Of a DNA stretch of 64,000 nt, positions 1 to 11,548 are shown one piece after another. A program made the position numbers and the translations under genes. Source of the stretch: Azolla caroliniana (Eukaryota; Plantae; Polypodiophyta). Under the pieces are notes generated by a model that was given only the letters and a program-made list of their open reading frames with translations, was not told the DNA's origin and searched no databases. Location: NCBI GenBank assembly GCA_043228905.1, contig JBHGNT010000005.1, forward strand, positions 11,346,001 through 11,410,000. Direction: 5' to 3'. Each line of letters opens with the position of its first letter. The first letter of the stretch is position 1.

Positions 1-1516
1 GAATGCTACATCTTCTTTTCTAGTGGTTGGTGTCACAACCCAAAAAATTGAGCACGAACCTCATGACAAATTCTTCCCGTCGTGATGCAAATTTCTTGAT
101 GTGATAACTTGAGAACTTGTCTTTCTGCCAATTTTGCTCGAACCCCCCTCATAATGAGTTCTCTTTTTCCTTTTATAGGCTTCTAAAGCTCTTCACGCAA
201 ATAAGAACAATAACTATCCATTTTCACATGCACCTCATGTCCTTGTTGTGAGCAAAATTTCAATATCTACTAGCATACTTCTCATTCATCCCATTGACAT
301 CCACTTAAAAATCATAGTCCAAACAAGACTTTAACCCCTAGTGTTTTGCCCTTAACATAAGCTCTTGACAATTGAGCCATATCTTTTTGTTGTCTTTGCC
401 TTTATCTTATTCTCAGACATGGTTTTCTACTTCCCTAACCTTCAATATATATTTAGTTTTAACCCAGCTCCTCATGCACGCACCTCGCATCATGTCAATG
501 TCCAGATGATCATGATGGAATGTTTGCCTCAGAAATCCAAGCTACGTAGCCTATTCTCCATTAAGGTTAAAAATTATGAATTTTGTTAATGTTAGTCCCA
601 TTTTGAATGCAAAAGAGTTTTTCTTTATGCTATATCAAGGAAAAATGCATGTAATTATGAAATAAAAAATGGGAATGTGAAGGACTCCCTTTGTTGAAAA
701 AGAAAGTGTTTTTTCCAAAACATGAAAAAGAAAGTATTGATTGTCTATTCAAGCACTTGCGAGAGACAAATCTCTCTAATAAATATTTAAAGGCTTTGCA
801 TACACATTTTGATGTCACTTAGAAGTCGACAAATCAATTATCAAAATGATTCTCGAATAGGAACAATATGTGCATTTTGTATTATAAGAAATGGCAAACA
901 ATCGGTTCAAATGTGTGACAATAGTCAAATTCAATGAAAGTGAATGTATTGAACTTTGAATACTTTATTGAAAGGCGGAATATAAACTTGTATTGTTTAC
1001 ACGAAGGAACTATTTCCAGTCTTTTCTTACTTTGAAAGTGATTTACTAACTTGGAGAAACAATTAAGTCAATATGTATTGCATTAATAAGTTTTAGTTTT
1101 TATAATAGCAACTAAGATTCTATATGGAATGGCGAATGTTTGAATAGTTTGACCAAGTTTTGAATGATCCAGTGCTTACAAAACAGTAATAGAAAAAGGT
1201 ACTTGAACATACATGGGCATCCTTACATTTGGAAGAGGAAGAGTTCTTAGGACACAATTATTGCAATGTCAGCTATGTGATATTGAAGTAATGAGACAAA
1301 ATGCATACAAGGGGATGGGCTCTAGCATGCACGCCACGTGCACTTTACATTTAGGAGAAGACAATTGTGATGCCTCCACCAACAATATTTTGTTGTTGTT
1401 TTGTTTTTAGTTTGGTGCACAAGATTGTTGATTAAACAATGCCATGCATGAACACACTTGATGATGATTGATGGTTGATTCATCAAAACATTAATACTAT
1501 GGTGGTCTTGAGAAAG

Positions 1517-1808
1517 TTGTATGTGCATGTCCATCTACATGTGACAATGTCCTTTGAATGCTTGGTTGGGTATTGAACCCGATGATCTCAATTGATGAAT
1601 ACAATAAAATAGCTTCACTAACTATAAAGGGGAAAGTATGAAGAGAAAGATTAATAAAGGGATTGTATGTGCATGTCCATCTACATGTGACAATGTCCTT
1701 CGAATGCTTTGCTGGGTATTGAACCCCATGATCTCAATTGATGAATACAATAAAATAGGTTGGCTAACTATAAAGGGGGAAGTATGAAGAGAAAGATTAA
1801 TAAAGGGA
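1517..1808 (+). repeat. Direct tandem duplication, 2 x ~146 bp
   Basis: TTGTATGTGCATGTCCATCTACATG...GATTAATAAAGGGA starts at 1517 and again at 1663, with few substitutions. Confidence 0.9.
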
Positions 1809-2580
1809 CATTTTCTGGGAAAGTTCTTAGAGAAACACTTAACAAATCCACATTCAAATTTAGAATTTAAGAAGAATATTAAAGCAATAAAATGTCAAGT
1901 AAGAAAGAGGGAAATTTTAATATTGAAAGGTCAACAACGAGAGAATAAGGAAATGTGGAGCAAGAAAGAAATTTTAATATTAGAACATCAAGTGAAAGAA
2001 ATAGAACTTGTATTTTCTCTCAAAATTTTGGAGATGTTGAGGTCATTAGTTTAATAAAATGCTTGTGCAAGTTAGAATGTTGTTCAACATTACTCTTAAA
2101 TCACATGATACCATGGTTATTATTATCAGCAGAGGTAAATATATGAGTATTTTACCATTGCAATAATTGAGTGTGAGTAGAAATCAAATGGCAAATTCAT
2201 GTGGTGTACATACCCTAGCCCATGTTGATAAAGAAAAAGGTCGAAAGAGTAAAATTAGATTAAGTGAAGAAAAACAAAAAACATGGAAAAGTGTTGAAGA
2301 GTAGGTAAGGTGGCTTTGTTTGTACGTAAAGTGGCTTTTAAAAAGCCTTTGTACATATAGACATGTGAAGGTCAAAATTGTGAGAAGAACAAGAATAGGT
2401 CCATGAATAAGAGAAGAAACATATTTAAGTTTGAAGAGATAAGTGACCAAACCTCACATTCAACAAATATCCCAGAAGAACACTCTCATTTTACTTCACT
2501 TCTTTCAGCATATTTTTCTCTTTGTTTGTCTCTCATACAATAGTACACGGACACACACGACCACATTAGGATTACCCATC

Positions 2581-3489
2581 ATGAAACCACTCCATAATCC
2601 ACTCATTTCTCTTCTTTTGATTCTTTCAATCCATTTCTTCTCTCTATCTAGCCTTTCCCATCTCAATGAGGCTAATATTGAATGGCCTCCCCAACTTGAC
2701 AATTGTACTAATAATTGTGAGGTTACCCAGCTTGATCCACCTTCTTCACACATGGGAGTTGCATTAAACCTCACAATGATCTCTCATCTTGATAATGACT
2801 CCTTTCCGACCAACAACATTACAAGTCCACATGACACTCCTCAACCTAGTAATGTTGAATCCATAAATGTTATGAAATCAATTTCACATGAATCGCTTCA
2901 AGGTTCTACTCCTCAACCCGGAGGTTCTCCTTCCATTCATATGGTGGTCGAGGAGCACCAACTTGATCAATCCTTAGTTGTTCCCAAAGGTGAGATCATA
3001 ATTGAAGGAAAAATACGTGGATATTCTCCACCTAGTGATTCAACACCAATTGACAAGATACATATGGCTTCACCAAATGAGGAAGTGAAATATGGGTATG
3101 TAAATGAATATGAAAATCTTATTATTGGTGGAGTAACACAAGATAGAACTAGCCAATCTAGTGATTGTTTCATCGACATTAGCAAATCAATTCCACATGA
3201 GTCACTTAAAGGTTCTACACCTCCACCTGGTTCTCCATCTCCTGTTCACATGGCTGCAAGAACGTCCATTTCAAGGGATGAATCTTACCCTTTTAAAGAC
3301 AAACTCAACGCCAATGCCATAAGTAACCAAGATTCCTTTGATCATTATACGTATTCATCTTTTTCTATAGAAGATCATTCTCTTGATACCCTAAGAGAAC
3401 AAGAGAATGATGTGCCTCTTCCAACTATACAACACCATCAATCTTCACATGGAAAACAACACAAACATAAATTAACCAAAAAATATTAA
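2581..3489 (+). CDS. Putative secreted multi-repeat small-peptide precursor (CEP/PIP-like Pro-rich, His-terminated motifs); possibly prematurely truncated
   Basis: Intronless ORF. The ATG at 2581 is followed by a hydrophobic signal-peptide-like segment (MKPLHNPLISLLLILSIHFFSLSSLS). Repeated motifs LQGSTPQPGGSPSIH, IRGYSPPSDSTPIDKIH and LKGSTPPPGSPSPVH; a further in-frame copy (LKGVTPQPDSPPIIH) lies just after the TAA. Confidence 0.6.
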   Translation: MKPLHNPLISLLLILSIHFFSLSSLSHLNEANIEWPPQLDNCTNNCEVTQLDPPSSHMGVALNLTMISHLDNDSFPTNNITSPHDTPQPSNVESINVMKSISHESLQGSTPQPGGSPSIHMVVEEHQLDQSLVVPKGEIIIEGKIRGYSPPSDSTPIDKIHMASPNEEVKYGYVNEYENLIIGGVTQDRTSQSSDCFIDISKSIPHESLKGSTPPPGSPSPVHMAARTSISRDESYPFKDKLNANAISNQDSFDHYTYSSFSIEDHSLDTLREQENDVPLPTIQHHQSSHGKQHKHKLTKKY

Positions 3490-4739
3490 CTTAAGGGTGT
3501 GACTCCTCAACCAGATTCTCCTCCTATTATCCATAGGGCATCGATGGAATCAACCTCAAGATTGCAATGAAAAAGCTCTCAACCTTTAGCTTCCTCCATT
3601 ACTCACATAGGAAAACGAGATGAACATTTTTACGATAAATTCAATCTTGGATAAAAAAAACATCATATCATATTATATGATCTTGCTATATGTAAGATGT
3701 CATAATCTACAGATTTTATTATCCATTTCATTCTCTAAGAAAATTAATAAATTATGCCTCCTAAAACTAGGAAGTTGATTTGAATGTCCTTGTTTAAATA
3801 GTTTATACCAAAGGAAAAGACCTAGGACAATCTGTAACTTTAGTAACTCTTGACAAAGAATCCACCATGATCAAAAACCTATGGATATTATGTTGTTGTG
3901 AATGTGATACAGATCTTGAGGGGACCATATATTGGGACGAAATATATTAGTGTTCGAACAACATGATAATGTTGGTCATTCATTGTGTGAACACAACTAC
4001 AATGTATATTATAGGTTATGGATACAACTTGGCAATAAAGACATTGTTTCATGTCTAGACACCATTTTTAGTCAATCAAACAATGTATTTGACTTTTAAT
4101 CTAAAAGCAGGATTGACAACCATTCGAACCACTAAATGGAATGCATGGATAGATATTTGAAATTAAAATTCTATTATGTACAAACCTATTCTATTTTGTG
4201 CACTATAATCAAGAATATGTTTTCCACAAATTTCTGGTGTGTTGTTTTTTTCATTTCCTTGTTTTTGGTTAAGAGAGAGTGGGAGCATTTGTAAGCAATA
4301 TGCTAAACTAAGTGCATGATGTGTGTAATCAAATGGATTCTATATAAACTCTTGGCTTGAGAAAAATGTCACAATTAAGATATGAAGGTTAGCATACGTA
4401 TAAGTGCATCCTTACTACGTGCAACCAAGTACAACTAAACTTGAGATAATATTGTCAACGTTGGAAATTGGTAAGGTTAGGAGAACTATAGTGAGAGACA
4501 AAGCTAGGAGATATGTGCTCACCTTTGAGTAGGAAACTGCTCAAGTGATCTTTAAACACGTGCCAATTAGACCATAATGAAAAAGTTGTAAGAAAAAGAT
4601 CGAGGGTACACGAATTGAAACTCACATTGTCAACTACAAAAGGGATGATAATTCATGGTGGTGTCCATAATGAACTTGCTTATGGTGAAAGCATGGGAAT
4701 CAGAACAATTAGTTCTATCCTTGACATAGGTTACTCGTT

Positions 4740-5356
4740 GTGCAAAAAACTATTTTTAATTGTCGATGAAAGTGATAAAAAGGCTTATCAGAAATTTCTT
4801 ATGGGGGGGCATAGAGGAAAAACATGCTTGTGCAAAGGTTGCATGGACCGCACTTATAAAAGATAAAAGTGAAGGTGGGGTGGGACTAATAGATCCTATG
4901 GTGCAAACAAAGGCCTTGCTAGGCAAATTGGTGGTCAAGAGCTTGCAACCACTTGAGGCACCTTGGAAAAATCTTTGGAGATGTGGATGGAGGATGTGGT
5001 TGCCAAGATAAGGTGGAAGTTGGCGAGGTAGCGCTTTTTGGGAGTTTATGCCAGAAATGCGACCCAAATATTGGGGATGAACACATAGTATATGTGTTGT
5101 TGGAATTATGGAGGCGTGGCAATGATTTAGAAAGGGAATCGTTTGTAGGTGCAGAAATGATGCATATGCCCGAATGTACATGCCTATTGTTTAGAACCCA
5201 CTAATCAGACATGTGGATGGGCTGATGATAGGTCAAAAAGTAGCCTTCAAATGGGCCAACTTAATCAATGCCCAGGGAATGGATTGGTAGATTGGAAGAG
5301 ATTTCTATCTAATGATGTGGGCACTCAAAAGGCTAGAATATAGAGAACAAACAGGG
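4740..5356 (+). mobile_element. Degenerate L1/Tx1-type LINE ORF2 fragment (post-RT region), part 1
   Basis: IRNFLWGG..KVAW..LIKDKSEGGVGL..PW is the typical LINE ORF2 motif after the RT domain. It is interrupted at 5356 by the DNA transposon. Confidence 0.75.
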
Positions 5357-6512
5357 AACACGTTCGCGTTCAGAAGTGGAAGGATCACGCATTCCACTTT
5401 TAGATTCCCTTTATAATTACACAACTTTAGCTTGTTGTGAAATATGACGTGCACCAATATCACATGATAAACCACAGACGGTGAATTTATTGATTTATTA
5501 ATCGGATACATCTCTATACAAATTTATTCTTGCAATGTTTACAAATTTAGGGTTGTTTTTTACCGCGCATTCATTTTATACAAATTAATTATTTGACTAA
5601 AGCATTAACAAACAAGAATTCCATTTTTGCAAGATGTAAAGTGCATAGGTTTACAATGGTTAAACTTTCCAAGAGAGGTGTATATGCTATTTGAGAAATT
5701 GATATTTACATATTATTGAATACAATACATAATGACTAATAGTTAGCAAAGATCATTAGGATATAATACCAAATGTATATATGTTTATGACAACACATGA
5801 AAACTAGAAGTAGAAAGCGTACTCATAACTATTAGTTTACATTACATTAGACATACAAGAATATACCCAAAACATATATGACTATTATTAAGGTATAGGT
5901 AGTGCTAAATTTTTGGGTGCCATAATAGAGATAACTCTCCGGTATTAACGTTATAGCATGTATTAAAATTTTCATTTGATTATCTACACATAAACACTAA
6001 ATCAAGAGGTTAAACACATATATACAAATGGAGTAATAATAATCTATACAGATCACACATTGATAGCCCTCCATACATCCAGTCCAGACAACCATCAACC
6101 ATAGAAACATGATTATTGTTGTACAATACCCTCTAATAAAGCAAATACTCCCCAATATCTACAAATGTCACCTTCAGTCCCAATAAATGTTATTTATCAT
6201 AGTTATTCTATAAGTATAATAAATTCAAAAAGTGATTGGCAATAGCAAACATGGAACTAAGTTTTATAAACACAATTGATGGGTAAATATGAAGAATGAA
6301 CATACATTTTCTTTGATCTTAACTATATACTTAGATGATAGTCCAACAAATTTAATAAATATGTGCCACAAGATATAAACATAGCAACACATTAATTAAA
6401 ACGTAATATAACACCATATAAACAAATATATTGGATCATATTAGGAAATAGAATTGATTAAAAGATCTTTGATTAGAAGTAAATAGATTAAAAGTTTTTT
6501 TATAAACTCTAA

Positions 6513-9500
6513 CTACATCACTAGGAGAGTATCCATATCATTGGATTCATCATCAATCGGTGAACTATCATCCACATTTAGCGCAGGAGTATCTACTCCA
6601 GATAGACTCGCTACCGTGGGGTCCTCCGTTAAGTCATCATCAAGCTCTACGAGTTCCCCAGGTTCGCTAGCCAAAGGAGGGATCGGTTCACGGGAGGTAG
6701 GCTGAAAACATTCGGTATCTGCCATATGTTTGGCCCCTACCTCCTCATCTTGATCAGGGCATTCCCAAAGCGTGTGAAGCCTCATGTTGATGAAGTTCAC
6801 TTGTTCCTTATCTTTCTCCAATGTGACCGAATTTCGGAAAAGCTTCAAAGCACATGCCGAAGTGGTGCCTAAACACCATAAATAAGAAATAATGAGTATT
6901 ATCATAGGTCTAAATATAAATAAAACCTTCAACACATTGGGAAAATTATTCGACCATTTATCTGTACTAGAAAACAAGTCTAATATCCAGTCATCTTCAT
7001 TCGAAAACACCTCCACAAGGCGCATCATTAAACGTTGGGGCTTCTGGTAGGGATTCACAAGCCCGCGCTCAGTCGTGGTCACATGTCGAAGCTTCCATGT
7101 CACGACTGGATATACAAGCAGTTTTGAGCATCCCACCTCATTCGAATGCTCCTTGATCTCGTCATAATAACCAATTGTTATATATTCCATTGCGTTGACG
7201 AACCGAAAAGTCGGTCCCCTATTTACATTGGTTTTAATCCTGATCATTGAGAAAAAAGTTATAAGCATTTTAAATTACAACATATAATTCCTATTGAAAT
7301 ACAATGCTTTTGATCAAATCCTTACCAAGCAAGGTTCTCAATTCCATGGCAACGAGATCTCAACGCTTGAGCCACGGAATATCCCTAATCCATGCTATGA
7401 AATCTTACAATTCTCCACAAGGAAGTGGCGGTCAAGTCGGCAAAATCTTTTATCATTTTTTCCAACTGCTTGAACCTAAAAGGTTCGTCATCGTAGATTG
7501 AACCAGCCATACGAAAACCGTATGGAATATCAGCTACCATTAACGTATACTCTTTCTTTGGTAGCTTCTGGATCATGTCAGCCACATCACCACAATAAAC
7601 ATTGTAGTACAGATCTCTGGTGATGTCTTTTTTGTGGCTAAACTTCTTGAAGGTGTCGTCATCTTCCACCTCAAATGGCCTTACCAAGCATCAATCCTTC
7701 TCTTTTCTAGCCCTTTCAAGATGCGCAAGAAAGGATGTTGGAAAGTCATGTATATCCTTTATTTCACTAGGCCTCTTACTCCGACATGGTTTCTAAAAAA
7801 AATAAGACATCAACAAAGTTATAGTGATACACCGGATGGACCACCACAAATTGATCAAACAAAGAGTTATACTCACTCAATCCTTAAATGCAATGAAATA
7901 TTTCGATAACGCCTTATACGAAGACGTTATCGGATATTCTTCAGTCACTTGTTCCCATGATAAGCAACCTAGTAGCTTCATCATCACTTATTGTATTTTC
8001 ATGTAGACTTTGTGACTGAAAATTTATAAACCAACATTAAAAATTCATTTCTTAAAACAAGATAAACCATAAAAAATTTAGTAAGACTTTACTTGTTGAA
8101 CTCCATAACCATTTCCTCTGGGCTTAGCTCCTTTGCTACAACTCTTGAAAGCACAGATATAAGAAGTTGCTCATCTTTTATCCCTTGCATTGCCCTCCAT
8201 AAAGACAACTTCATATCATCTACCGCTTCCTCAATGGTAAGCTCAATCTTCTTCGCAGCTGAGCTCTTCAATTCGAATTGAGGGTCAACTTTCGACTTCT
8301 TTTGTCTTTGACCCTTCACTTCCTTATTTTCCCACATTGTAAATATTTGATCTTGAAGATCCCAGACTCCTCCATCCCTAAATGCGAGTTGAAACCACGA
8401 CTCATACTTTCTGATTCCATCAAACTTCACCGCATCATCCACCACAATTCCCACTTCGTGGAGACATTAACGTCGTAGAGCTGGATATAATTTCGCTTGA
8501 AATTTGGTTTTCCCGTCGAGGTACTCGTGGTGAAAAAATCTAATGCGCTCGATGGAGGACATCTTCTGCCGATAGTCATTGTCGTTATTCTGATCCCATG
8601 CTAACAACTTTGCCTCCTAAGTTGTTAGCCCCACATAAATTTTGCATTCCACATATTTGGAGAAGAACGTTGTGGGATGCTCGCAGACTAATTGTTGTCT
8701 TGCCTCTGCGGAGTGAGATCCTCCAATCACAAAATAATTGTATTGGTCATACTTCTTAATATCAAAATCCCCTAGCTTAGAGCACTCAAGAGGATCCACC
8801 ATTACAATAAAAGGCACCACCGTTGCATGAGGGTTGATTTTCATCTTCTTCTTTAAATTTTGGATGTGCACCTTATGTGGTTCCTTGATCTCCAAAGGGC
8901 AACGTCCTGTATTCTCATCCAGAGGGGGGCGATGAATATGGGTTATCGGAAGGTTAAAAACTTGCCCCTTCCGCACAAATTTTCTATGTATTAAGTCCCC
9001 TCTAATTTTATTTTGTTTTGGTGAGAACACACCAGATGCCAGCTCTTCTCCTGGTGTAGCTTGAGCCTCTTCATCCTCTGTTGAACTCGATGACTCAAAA
9101 TCTGACATTCTCATCACCTTCTTTTTTGGAGGCCTGGACTGCACCGCAGATTTCCTTATTAGTGCTTTAATAGGTGATAAGGAGGCTATCTTCAAATTAA
9201 CATGACTTTGAATATATGGCCTCAGTGTTGTTATTAAGTTAGTACTTGTCTCAATAGCATGTCGGAAGGATTCTGGCCCGCATGAATCCTTCAACAAGTA
9301 GTCTTCAGAGACTATCATTTGTCGGACTCCTTTTGTATAGTTGGCTAATACAATCAAATTAGTTGAGTCCGTGTCTTCATAGTCCAGCCGCAAGATTTTG
9401 CCATAGCTAAATGCACGATCTTGAGCAAGCATACCATGTCCAGCTAGTCTGGTAACTAACAATACTACTTTCTTTTTCGAGTCTACATATTGCATTGCCC

Positions 9501-10951
9501 ACTCATATCCAGTTAAGTCTATGTCTAACTGGTCCTCACTTCCTCCAACCGCGACAGATGTTTTCTGACTAACCTCATCAGACGACTACTTCACGACTTC
9601 GTCTTCAAGCATGAGTTTCTTTCACTTTTGTGGATATGTCACAACAGGGATCTTTGTGGTGTCTGGAGGTGAGCTTTGATACTTAATTCGAATTCTGTTG
9701 TGTGGCCTCTTATCCTTAGGGTCAGTCGACCTACATGAAACAATACAACAGATGAACCTAAACCTGTAATCTCTCAAATGAAAATGTATTGTAGTCTAGA
9801 AAATGCGATAATAAAAAATAGTTTGGCCTTATGAAGCTCTTGCTTGACTAGTAGTGTAGTGTTGAAAGATTTGTATGGAGTGTCAAATTATATACAGTAT
9901 GCAGATTGGTAGTATGGAACACCAGATTAGCAATCCAGTATAGTTATGGATTTGAAACCTAGGGATTGGATAGAGGAAAATGTATATTTAACGTCTCATA
10001 GTCCACCGGACACTAAAACTAGTAAGATTTTGGTATCCCCTGCAGTACCAAAATATCAACTTTATTGACCCAATTTTACCATATTTTGACCTAATTAGAA
10101 TTTTTGAACCTATTTTTACTAATTTTTGGTCTAATGTGTGTTATGACCCCTACATATCGAGTTTTGGCTTGGGAGCCACAACTCGATACGCCGTATCGAG
10201 TTAAGACCCCCAATTCGATACGGCGTATCGAGTTTAAGCCCTGGGAGTTAAGACCCCCGTGTATTGAGTTTTAGCACTGGGAGCCACAACTCGATACGCC
10301 ATATCAAGTTAAGACGCCCAACTCGATATGGCGTATTGAGTTTTAGCCCTGGGAGCTACAACTCGATACGGCGTATCGAGTTAAGATGCCCAACTCGATA
10401 CAACGTATCGAGTTAAGACCCCCACGTATTGAGTTTTAGCACTCGGAGCCACAACTCGATACGGCGTATCGAGTTAAAACGTCGGCGTATCGAGTAATGG
10501 CTCCTAGGGCTACAACTTGATATGGCGTATCAAGTTGGGCGTCTTAACTCGATACGCCGTATTGAGCCGTAACGAGTTGGGAGGCATAACTCAATATGGC
10601 GTATTGAGTTATGTCCCCCAACTCGATACGTATTGAGTTGTAGCCCTAGGAGCCACAACTCGATACGGCGTATCGAGTTATGTCCCCCAACTCGATATGG
10701 CGTAATGAGTTATGTCCCCCAACTCGATACGTCGTATCGAGTTGTAGCCCTAGGAGCCACAACTCGATACGCCGTATCGAGTTATGCCTCCCAACTCGTT
10801 ACGACGTATCTAGTTCTAGCCTTAGGAGGCACTAGATACGACGTAACAAGTTCTAATACGAAATATAAAGTACATAGATAGTCATATGTCCATACAGTTT
10901 AGGGTTTAGATCTTACCTGGTGTTAGAACGTGCAGTCTTTTTGCTTGACAT
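6513..10951 (-). pseudogene. ParB/Srx-like domain + beta-class N6-adenine/N4-cytosine DNA methyltransferase fusion (~970 codons, 6 exons), disabled
   Basis: Exons 10951-10917, 9730-8093, 8015-7877, 7792-7326, 7239-6962 and 6868-6513 join in frame (2913 nt) at GT..AG introns; the last donor is mutated to AT. ParB-like motifs: YFVIGGSHSAEAR and EAKLLAWDQNND..MSSIERI. MTase motifs in beta order: VYCGD, ADIPYG, AW|IKTN, PYQKP, ILDLFSSTGTTSACA..RNSVTLEKD. About 8 in-frame stops, all transition-type. Confidence 0.85.
10150..10860. repeat. Array of ~16 palindromic 23-bp units AACTCGATAC-G(C/G)C-GTATCGAGTT with short recurring spacers, in intron 1 of the ParB-MTase gene
   Basis: Units at about 10179, 10212, 10288, 10320, 10360, 10392, 10453, 10514, 10546, 10588, 10657, 10689, 10721, 10761, 10793 and 10830. 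Spacers are AAGAC(C/G)CCC, ATGTCCCCC and TAGCCCT(A/G)GGAGC(C/T)AC. Confidence 0.92.
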
Positions 10952-11548
10952 GATGATTGTGTCGGTTTGGGGATGCGTGAGGTATCTTGGGAGTCCTCGC
11001 GTATGTGCTTTGGCGTTCTGGAGAGTGGTTACGCTCAACTGTGGGGAATGAAAAAGAGAGGTCGGTTTTATTTATGGGAGGGGAAGGGACCATAGTTAAA
11101 AAAGTAACCACGGTTAGAATTAAATGCCAATAGTGCCTTTGGTTATTTATCTTAGAATTCGTATTTATTATTATCATAACATAATGATTATCTTTATACT
11201 TTATGTGTATTATTATTTAGTACCTATTATGATCTAGTACTTATTATGATTTAATACATGTGCAAGGTCAATTTAATGATTGAGTATACTTATCTACATT
11301 TATGGTAGTCTAATGATTTTGATTTTGAGAACATTCACTAATTGGGTGAGGATAGTGGTATTGTGCAATTATGTCACGTGGACACGTGATCATTTTTAAT
11401 TTACAACTAATAGAAATATAGAAAAAATTATATAATAAAATATACAAAATACATATATAGTTCCTTAGAATTCTATTTGTAGTTTAAGTATGTCTTACAA
11501 TTTGTATGCTTAGGGAGTGAGATATAAAGGATATTAGAACCTCAAACA

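Noticed and set aside
6869-6961. Hydrophobic 'transmembrane' segment in ORF 6513-7268
   Set aside because: It is a 93-nt intron read through by the ORF track; removing it restores the SAM-binding motif.
6513-9495. Bacterial contamination or a restriction-modification operon
   Set aside because: The gene has five in-phase spliceosomal introns and lies within TIRs/TSD inside a plant LINE; no endonuclease partner is visible.
10150-10860. CRISPR array
   Set aside because: Spacers are only 9-17 bp and recur rather than being unique, there are no cas genes, and the context is a eukaryotic intron.
10633-10881. 82-aa ORF on +
   Set aside because: It is a translation of the palindromic repeat array, with no coding evidence.
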